Source: a virus (Duplodnaviria; Heunggongvirae; Uroviricota; Caudoviricetes). From it: a DNA stretch of 64,000 nucleotides. A program made the position numbers and the translations under genes. Location of the stretch: the IMG/VR virus record IMGVR_UViG_2778261505_000002. The stretch is one strand, 5' to 3'. Of this stretch, positions 57,385-64,000 are shown one piece after another. Each line of letters starts with the position of its first letter. Positions within the stretch are counted from its first letter, which is position 1. The notes beneath the pieces were generated by a model. That model ran no database searches and was not told the DNA's origin. It worked only from the letters and a program-made list of their open reading frames with translations.

Positions 57385-58107
57385 ATGACCAAAATTAACT
57401 ATCAGGCACTGCGTGAGGCGGCAGAGCGTGCAATTCCGGCAATGGAACGCCTGTTAATGTTGCCAGTTGATGATGATCTGATAAGCGAGCAGGAACTTAA
57501 AGATAGCGGTGTTGATATTGATGCGCTCAACGCCTTCAAAATTCTGGCCGGACCAGAAACCGTGCTGGCGCTACTGGATGAACGGGAAAGAAACCAGCAA
57601 TACATCAAATCTCGCGACCAGGAGAACGAGGATATTGCGCTAACGGTAGGGAAGCTGTTAATCGAAAACGGTCAGCTTGTTGCCGATACGCTACGCCACT
57701 TAGCTGATAACGAAATCGACTCTGATTATTTTGCTATCACCTCAACTAATGAGAACGGTACTGAAATTGATCATGAGATGTCTATTACCGATTACGCACT
57801 GCAAGCTGCCGGAACTGTAGACGAATTGGTTGCGGCGCTGGAAGCCGCAAAATCAAAACTCAACGAGCAGCGTGAATATTACGAGGGAGTAATCGCGGAT
57901 GGAAGTAAGCGCATAGCAGAGTTAGAAAGTGGTTCTCAGGCACAAAAGTTAGTTGAAGCAATCATTGTTGCGATAGAAAACGAACAGGAACGTCTTTTTG
58001 ATGAAGATTACCTAATGGATTCGAAAGAATGCATTGACGTAATTCGTGAAGAAGTAAAGCGATGGAATGATTCCCGCGCCGCTGGCATTCGCATCAAAGG
58101 AGAGTGA
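57385..58107 (+). CDS. Ead/Ea22-like protein (lambdoid accessory family)
   Basis: 240 aa; N-terminal [13 protein letters not shown] resembles the conserved start of Ead/Ea22-like prophage proteins as I recall them; acidic coiled-coil body. Confidence 0.45.
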   Translation: MTKINYQALREAAERAIPAMERLLMLPVDDDLISEQELKDSGVDIDALNAFKILAGPETVLALLDERERNQQYIKSRDQENEDIALTVGKLLIENGQLVADTLRHLADNEIDSDYFAITSTNENGTEIDHEMSITDYALQAAGTVDELVAALEAAKSKLNEQREYYEGVIADGSKRIAELESGSQAQKLVEAIIVAIENEQERLFDEDYLMDSKECIDVIREEVKRWNDSRAAGIRIKGE

Positions 58108-58108
58108 G

Positions 58109-58432
58109 ATGACCACATCGCATTCTGCTATTACCCAGGAAAAAGCCTTCAACATACTCGAACGACTAGAGACGCTCGCTACGGAGGAGGAGATATCCCC
58201 GGAGAAACTGGTTGAGTTCAGCCGTGTGATATTGCGTCGCAAGAACGATATGGAGCGGCTGACATCTGGCGCTCCATCCTTATCAGTCAGGCGAACACTT
58301 TGTTGCAGCTTCTGCAACAAATCCCAGTACGCCGTCAAAAAGTTAATTGCTGGGGACGCCGTTTTCATCTGCGACGAGTGTGTGGATGTGTGCAACAGAA
58401 TTATCCGGGGAGAGAAAGAGGGATCAACATGA
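58109..58432 (+). CDS. Small protein with C-terminal ClpX-type zinc-binding domain
   Basis: 107 aa from ATG 58109; [35 protein letters not shown] closely matches the ClpX N-terminal C4 zinc-binding domain; no AAA+ module follows. Confidence 0.6.
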   Translation: MTTSHSAITQEKAFNILERLETLATEEEISPEKLVEFSRVILRRKNDMERLTSGAPSLSVRRTLCCSFCNKSQYAVKKLIAGDAVFICDECVDVCNRIIRGEKEGST

Positions 58433-58959
58433 AATTTTCCAAATTTTCTGAGTTGGTGAATCGTATTTTGTCCAACAACCACAGCCATCGTCGAGATATG
58501 GATGTAACGATCGTTGTTCATTCGCCTGGTCGCATCGGTTCAACACCATCAGTTGAGGTTCAGTCAATTAAGGCGGGTTTTGATTGGGATGCCGGGCAAG
58601 TGATGATTTTTCCATCACAGCCACTGACCACGCTAACACCAGAGCAGGTTGCTGATATCACTGATAGTGTGCGCAAAGGTCAGTCTTGGCACGCGTATCA
58701 GGAATACAAGAAGCATAAAGAGCAGTTGGAAAAATTGTCGATGGAGTTGGAAGCCGCTAAACAGCGGGAAAAAGATCTGTTTATGGAAAATGTTCGACTT
58801 AAGTCAGGTATAGCCGGTCTGATACACCTCGGTATTCGATATGCGGATGTTGAGGTCATGAAAATTGCTGGAGATGCCCAGCTTTCTACTCCATGCACTG
58901 ACAGCATCATAAACAGCATTGCAGCAGGCATTTTAACCAAAGAGGGGTCAGCACGATGA
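58429..58959 (+). CDS. Hypothetical protein
   Basis: 176 aa from ATG 58429 (ATGA overlap with previous stop); coiled-coil segment. Confidence 0.45.
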   Translation: MKFSKFSELVNRILSNNHSHRRDMDVTIVVHSPGRIGSTPSVEVQSIKAGFDWDAGQVMIFPSQPLTTLTPEQVADITDSVRKGQSWHAYQEYKKHKEQLEKLSMELEAAKQREKDLFMENVRLKSGIAGLIHLGIRYADVEVMKIAGDAQLSTPCTDSIINSIAAGILTKEGSAR

Positions 58960-59141
58960 GAACACTAGAAGTTCGCGCTGAAGACGTAATCCCTGGTGAT
59001 GTGCTCATAACATCTAAAGGTCAACAATGTGCGGTTAAATCTTTTTGGATGGAAGATGACAAAGTGACTCTGTTCGGTACGGATGGTTCCGAAACTGATT
59101 ATGACTACGACGAATTGCTTGTTGTTGAGAGAGCTGCCTAA
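58956..59141 (+). CDS. Hypothetical protein
   Basis: 61-aa ORF, translationally coupled to neighbours. Confidence 0.35.
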   Translation: MRTLEVRAEDVIPGDVLITSKGQQCAVKSFWMEDDKVTLFGTDGSETDYDYDELLVVERAA

Positions 59142-59794
59142 TGACCACCGTTAACAATAAGAAATGCTACCCAAGCGAGAAATATCTTAATGAGCTGATC
59201 GCCAACATTGAGTTTGCTGCAAGGGCACCAGTTGAAGTCGTGAGAGCGATTGCAGCAGAGCTACAGAAGCACCGTAAGGCCTATGCCAATACAGCCGCAT
59301 CTAAGGATGGTTGGATAAGCTGTAGTGAGCGAATGCCTGTAATTGGCGAGCTAAATTGGAGAACTAGTTTTCCTTTACTGGTTACGTGTGAGATCGGCGT
59401 TATACCTGCTTATTACGGCTTTGTGAGCGTTAATGGTGATAGGCATTATGGCTTTATGGAGAGTCTTAAATACGGAGACGATAACGGCAACCATCCTCAA
59501 ACTAATGAATATGGTCTGATTAGCAATGTCACACACTGGATGCCACTACCAGAACGCCGCAGGAGTCGAACAGTGAATAAAGCAGAGTTATTTCAGAAAA
59601 TATCGGCTCTCGCGACTGAATGCCACGCTATAGCATCTGAGCTTGATGTTGGCGATGAACGAACCGAGATGTTCGAAATATACAGTGTGCTGCGCAATCT
59701 CTGTCGGCGTGGCTACGCCACTCAAGTAGGGCGAATGACTAACCCACTACTCTCATCCTGTGATGAGGATGACTCGGATGAGGATGACGAATGA
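59141..59794 (+). CDS. DUF551-like phage protein
   Basis: 217 aa; HWMPLPE motif typical of DUF551 as I recall; acidic C-terminal tail. Confidence 0.45.
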   Translation: MTTVNNKKCYPSEKYLNELIANIEFAARAPVEVVRAIAAELQKHRKAYANTAASKDGWISCSERMPVIGELNWRTSFPLLVTCEIGVIPAYYGFVSVNGDRHYGFMESLKYGDDNGNHPQTNEYGLISNVTHWMPLPERRRSRTVNKAELFQKISALATECHAIASELDVGDERTEMFEIYSVLRNLCRRGYATQVGRMTNPLLSSCDEDDSDEDDE

Positions 59795-60462
59795 TGCATA
59801 AATCAGTAGCCGGTGAGCTTCAGAAGGAAGTCGATAATACTACCGTTCTATTGGACGATATTTTAAGCATTCTCGCGCTGCTTGAGGCTGGCGATTGGTC
59901 AGAACATTGCACTAAAACAGAGCTAGGCGGTCGGCTTGAAAGAGAGATTACACGACTTATTGGTGATGCGCAGGAAGCTACAGTCACTAGTTATGAGTTA
60001 ATCGCTGAAGCCTGGCGTTTGATGGATGGACAAGATCCTAAAACCAGCGATTGGCATAGCAAGGCTTCGAAGTATTTAAATTCCAATAGGGTAGAAAAAG
60101 TTGATGATGTGAAACCGAAGCCAGTAGACCACGGTTTCCGCGATAACTGCGAATGCTCTAGTTGCCAGACCACGGCCCGTATTTGTTCCGAATTGATAGA
60201 TAAGTCCAGCCTAATCTACGAAGTTAATGTAGGCGGTAATACATGGGTCGAATGCACAAGAGCTGCATACGTAAGAGCAAAAGACAAGGGTGAATTAACC
60301 AGAGTTGTTACCCATCACCCAAATAATGAGCTTAAAGATCACCAGATTAGAGAACTGGTGAACGAGTTGCGGGATATTGCGGTTCAGTACCACGGAGCGC
60401 AGCAATTGCGGGAGAAAATTGCCAGAGCAGTGAACAACTCAATTAGATCAGAAAGTATGTAG
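59791..60462 (+). CDS. Hypothetical protein
   Basis: 223-aa ORF; Cys cluster CECSSC; last + strand gene of the element in this window. Confidence 0.45.
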   Translation: MMHKSVAGELQKEVDNTTVLLDDILSILALLEAGDWSEHCTKTELGGRLEREITRLIGDAQEATVTSYELIAEAWRLMDGQDPKTSDWHSKASKYLNSNRVEKVDDVKPKPVDHGFRDNCECSSCQTTARICSELIDKSSLIYEVNVGGNTWVECTRAAYVRAKDKGELTRVVTHHPNNELKDHQIRELVNELRDIAVQYHGAQQLREKIARAVNNSIRSESM

Positions 60463-61220
60463 TCAATACAATAAAATGGCCCCATTTGGATGGGGCCGGT
60501 AACAACTAGCATTATGGGCGCTGGTTGACGTACTCAATGATCGCTTCGATGATTGCGAACATAGGCGGCACGATTTTGAAAAGTAAGTTAAGCACTATAG
60601 GCCTCACTTAGTTTTATCGCACCTAGCTGCAAATACCTTTGAGCTTGCCTTTGCAGTTGCAATATCTGTAGTCGCCAGATACTTACGGCACGATTTCGAG
60701 TTAAGGTAAGGTTTTAGAGTCACCAAAAACCTGGACTTAAATCTTCTTTGAGAACAACGATGTTTGGTAAATGGTCATTATTACCTAGCATGACGGCTCA
60801 ACGTTTCTTGATGAATCCAGTACATTCGGTTAATCTTAGCTCAGTCGCCAGATACTTATGGCTCAGGAACAGAGCCGCAAACTCTGTTTCCTTTTAAAAA
60901 GCCCAGCCTAGTCAACTGGGCTTTTTAATGTCTATTTTTAACCCAACATACCCTCAATACTGCAACATCAGTGTCTTGCGAATTAAGATAGTGTGAATAG
61001 ATTTTTCATGCAAGTGCATAAGCCTGTGGATAACTCAGGAAGGAAAAAGTGACTTCTGCGCACTTTAGACCGGACAAGGCGTTCGAAAAAGTCAATGGGA
61101 AGAAAAAATTTGTTAAAAATAACGTTTGTTTGAATTGTATATATTTATGCCTTTCAATAGTTAGCATCTTATTAACATCTTTTTTAAGAGATAGAGTTCA
61201 AAAATATATAGCTTCAATAT

Positions 61221-61241
61221 ACACTGTATGTGTATACAGTA
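61221..61241. promoter_or_regulatory. LexA (SOS) box
   Basis: TACACTGTATGTGTATACAGTA fits CTGT-N8-ACAG; 17 bp upstream of the UmuD'-like start codon. Confidence 0.65.
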
Positions 61242-61257
61242 TTAAGAGGCGAGTATT

Positions 61258-61647
61258 ATGGGCTTCCCTTCTCCTGCGGCGGATTATGCTGAGAGCCGTA
61301 TTTCTCTTGATCAGCAGATAATTAGACATCCTTCAGCGACCTACTTCATGAGGGCAGCTGATAGTCATCATCGTGAGGGAATATTACAGGGTGCATTGCT
61401 GGTGGTCGATTCCTCACTTACCCCGGTTGATGGTTCTCTGCTTGTATGCGCTCTGGATGGGGAATATCGCGTAAAAAGATACCGGAAGTACCCACGTCAG
61501 CATCTGGAGGATTTAAGAACCGGTAAGAAGGAAGCATTGCCAAAGGATGACGATGGATGCACGGGCAGCAATGCCGTGTTTGGTGTGATCACTCACATTA
61601 TCAACGACGCAAGAAGTGGCGAGTTTGATGATTGTCCCGTGATGTAG
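61258..61647 (+). CDS. UmuD'-like protein (S24 peptidase family, natively lacking the UmuD N-terminal pro-segment)
   Basis: 129 aa; begins MGFPSPAADYAE, aligning with UmuD from the post-cleavage Gly onward; GAGG RBS; no umuC-like gene downstream. Confidence 0.7.
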   Translation: MGFPSPAADYAESRISLDQQIIRHPSATYFMRAADSHHREGILQGALLVVDSSLTPVDGSLLVCALDGEYRVKRYRKYPRQHLEDLRTGKKEALPKDDDGCTGSNAVFGVITHIINDARSGEFDDCPVM

Positions 61648-61659
61648 GAGAACTGATTA

Positions 61660-61683
61660 GGCGGTGCAATGCACCGCCTTTTT
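61660..61683. terminator. Hairpin terminator between convergent UmuD'-like and apbC genes
   Basis: GGCGGTGC-AAT-GCACCGCC followed by TTTTT. Confidence 0.6.
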
Positions 61684-61684
61684 A

Positions 61685-62785
61685 TCACACTGCGCGGAAT
61701 GCGATTTCGCCAGGTATTACTTCACCTTGCCAATACATTTGGGCAGCAACGCGATCTGCGAGGTCACGATAAATAGCTGTAAATTCGCTATCTGGACGAC
61801 TAATAACGGTTGGTGTTCCGTTATCCAGATCTTCACGAAGAGAGATATGAAGTGGCATTTGGCCTAACAACTGCGTGTTGTATTTCTCGGCCAGTTTCTG
61901 TGCGCCACCGGTGCCAAAAATTGGCTCGTGATGACCGCAGTTACTGCAAATATGCACACTCATGTTTTCAACGATACCCAGTACCGGCACTTCGACTTTT
62001 TCGAACATCACAATGCCTTTCTTCGCATCGATCAGCGCGATGTCTTGCGGCGTAGTTACCACAACCGCACCAGTTACAGGAATGTTCTGCGCCAGCGTCA
62101 ACTGAATATCACCAGTGCCCGGCGGCATATCGAGAACAAGATAGTCCAGATCAGGCCACAATGTTTCCTGCAACATCTGCATCAGCGCCTTGCTGGCCAT
62201 CGGTCCACGCCACACCATTGCATTGTCGTCGGTGACCAGATAACCAATAGAGTTGGTTGCCAGGCCATGAGACATGATAGGTGCCATGTGAGTACCGTCA
62301 GGTGAGGTTGGACGTTGGTTTTCCGCGCCCAGCATGGTTGGAATTGATGGACCATAGATATCGGCATCCAAAATACCAACTTTCGCACCTTCAGCAGCCA
62401 ACGCCAGTGCCAGGTTTACCGCCGTGGAGGATTTACCCACGCCGCCCTTGCCTGAGCTGACGGCGATAATGTTCTTAACGCCATTAATGCCTGGTTGGTT
62501 TTTGACGCGCTTAAGCGTGGCAATGTTGTACGACAGCTTCCAGTCAATAGCCTTTGCGCCAGTGATACGGAGCAGATCACCACTACATTGCTCTTTCAGG
62601 TCTTCAAAAGGCTTATTCCACACGAAAGGCATGATTAGTTCGACATGCAGTGTGTCATCCATCAACGCAACATGGTGTAACGCTTTAAGCGTAGTCAGGT
62701 TGTGTTTCAGGGTTGGGTGCTGAAAATTAGCCAGCGTACCGGCTACCATTGCTCTCAGGGCATCCGGCGATTTGGACTCGCTCAT
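61685..62785 (-). CDS. apbC: Fe-S cluster carrier ATPase ApbC/Mrp
   Basis: 366 aa; near-identical to enterobacterial Mrp/ApbC as I recall it (P-loop SGKGGVGKSS, CxxC); divergent from metG as in enterobacterial chromosomes. Confidence 0.9.
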   Translation of the reverse strand: MSESKSPDALRAMVAGTLANFQHPTLKHNLTTLKALHHVALMDDTLHVELIMPFVWNKPFEDLKEQCSGDLLRITGAKAIDWKLSYNIATLKRVKNQPGINGVKNIIAVSSGKGGVGKSSTAVNLALALAAEGAKVGILDADIYGPSIPTMLGAENQRPTSPDGTHMAPIMSHGLATNSIGYLVTDDNAMVWRGPMASKALMQMLQETLWPDLDYLVLDMPPGTGDIQLTLAQNIPVTGAVVVTTPQDIALIDAKKGIVMFEKVEVPVLGIVENMSVHICSNCGHHEPIFGTGGAQKLAEKYNTQLLGQMPLHISLREDLDNGTPTVISRPDSEFTAIYRDLADRVAAQMYWQGEVIPGEIAFRAV

Positions 62786-62942
62786 CCCGTCTCCTTTATT
62801 TTAATTTGCGCAATTGTCGCCTTGTAGTGTACTCCAGCTACGACATTTAATCATTTATGAGAAATGCTGTTATCACATGGCAGACATAAGGCCATTTTGT
62901 TACTATCAAGCCCCTTTTCACTACAAAGAAGTAATGCCTACT

Positions 62943-64000
62943 ATGACCCAAGTCGCGAAGAAAATTCTGGTGACGTGCGCGCTGCCGTACGCTAACGGCT
63001 CAATCCACCTCGGCCATATGCTGGAGCACATCCAGGCTGATGTCTGGGTTCGTTACCAGCGAATGCGCGGCCACGAGGTTAATTTCATCTGTGCCGACGA
63101 TGCCCACGGTACGCCAATCATGCTGAAAGCACAGCAGCTTGGTATCACACCGGAACAGATGATTGGCGAAATGAGTCAGGAACATCAGACTGATTTCGCA
63201 GGCTTTAACATCAGCTATGACAACTATCACTCGACGCACAGCGAAGAGAACCGTCAGTTGTCCGAGCTTATCTATACTCGCCTGAAAGAGAACGGTTTTA
63301 TTAAAAACCGCACCATCTCTCAGCTGTACGACCCGGAAAAAGGCATGTTCCTGCCGGACCGTTTTGTAAAAGGTACATGCCCGAAATGTAAAGCGCCGGA
63401 TCAATACGGCGATAACTGTGAAGTCTGCGGCGCGACATACAGCCCGACGGAACTGATCGAGCCGAAATCAGTGGTTTCTGGCGCTACACCGGTAATGCGT
63501 GATTCCGAACACTTCTTCTTTGATCTGCCTTCTTTCAGCGAAATGTTGCAGGCATGGACCCGCAGCGGTGCGTTGCAGGAGCAGGTGGCAAACAAAATGC
63601 AGGAGTGGTTTGAATCTGGCCTGCAACAGTGGGATATCTCCCGTGACGCACCTTACTTCGGTTTTGAAATCCCGAACGCACCGGGCAAATACTTCTACGT
63701 CTGGCTGGACGCGCCGATTGGCTACATGGGTTCTTTCAAGAATCTGTGCGACAAACGCGGCGACACTACCAGCTTCGACGAATACTGGAAGAAAGACTCC
63801 ACCGCCGAGCTGTACCACTTCATCGGCAAAGATATCGTTTACTTCCACAGCCTGTTCTGGCCTGCCATGCTGGAAGGCAGCAACTTCCGCAAGCCGACCA
63901 ACCTGTTTGTTCACGGCTATGTGACGGTGAACGGCGCGAAGATGTCCAAGTCTCGCGGCACCTTTATTAAAGCCAGCACCTGGCTGAATCATTTTGACGC
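62943..64000 (+). CDS. metG: Methionyl-tRNA synthetase, 5' partial (runs off window end)
   Basis: Translation from ATG 62943 gives [29 protein letters not shown] with HLGH motif and zinc knuckle CPKC...CEVCG; open to window end; absent from the ORF track because it has no stop. Confidence 0.9.
   Translation, partial: MTQVAKKILVTCALPYANGSIHLGHMLEHIQADVWVRYQRMRGHEVNFICADDAHGTPIMLKAQQLGITPEQMIGEMSQEHQTDFAGFNISYDNYHSTHSEENRQLSELIYTRLKENGFIKNRTISQLYDPEKGMFLPDRFVKGTCPKCKAPDQYGDNCEVCGATYSPTELIEPKSVVSGATPVMRDSEHFFFDLPSFSEMLQAWTRSGALQEQVANKMQEWFESGLQQWDISRDAPYFGFEIPNAPGKYFYVWLDAPIGYMGSFKNLCDKRGDTTSFDEYWKKDSTAELYHFIGKDIVYFHSLFWPAMLEGSNFRKPTNLFVHGYVTVNGAKMSKSRGTFIKASTWLNHFD

Noticed and set aside
61049-61321. 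Track ORF 61049..61321 (+) 90 aa
   Set aside because: Low-complexity hydrophobic translation of an AT-rich promoter region that contains the LexA box and overlaps the UmuD'-like start; no RBS.

Overview
About 61.6 kb of this window is a phage-plasmid-like mobile element, transcribed almost entirely on the + strand; the last ~2.3 kb is chromosomal-type apbC/mrp (-) and the 5' part of metG (+). The element carries plasmid maintenance genes (DUF1778-like antitoxin at the window edge, small ParA plus a small partner, and an iteron-flanked repA with a GATC cluster and DnaA box). It also carries a tyrosine recombinase with a convergent XRE-type regulator, four element-encoded tRNAs (Asn, Tyr, Thr, Ser) in a hairpin-rich non-coding island, and a large phage-type replication and nucleotide-metabolism module: DnaB-like helicase, primase, DNA ligase, CobT/CobS-like pair, DnaE-like polymerase, gp32-like SSB, FEN, RecA-like, SbcD/SbcC, RuvC-like, NrdA/NrdB, ThyA, DHFR, DnaQ-like exonuclease, Dam-like methyltransferase, RNase HI. 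Accessory genes include a GIY-YIG protein, an SPFH lipoprotein, a TerB-like protein, a second larger methyltransferase, an HD-domain (p)ppGpp-hydrolase-like protein, a ClpX zinc-binding-domain look-alike, and a LexA-box-controlled pre-truncated UmuD'-like gene. Gene content resembles, from memory, the SSU5/pHCM2 group of enterobacterial phage-plasmids combined with a P1-style replicon; no database search was possible. I could not pin down one single undescribed system; the strongest unexplained signals are two dispersed regulatory motif families, the structured RNA island around the tRNAs, a 580-bp ORF-free structured region before RNase H, and a recombinase-associated palindrome. All coordinates and motifs were read by eye and all homology calls are from recalled protein families.
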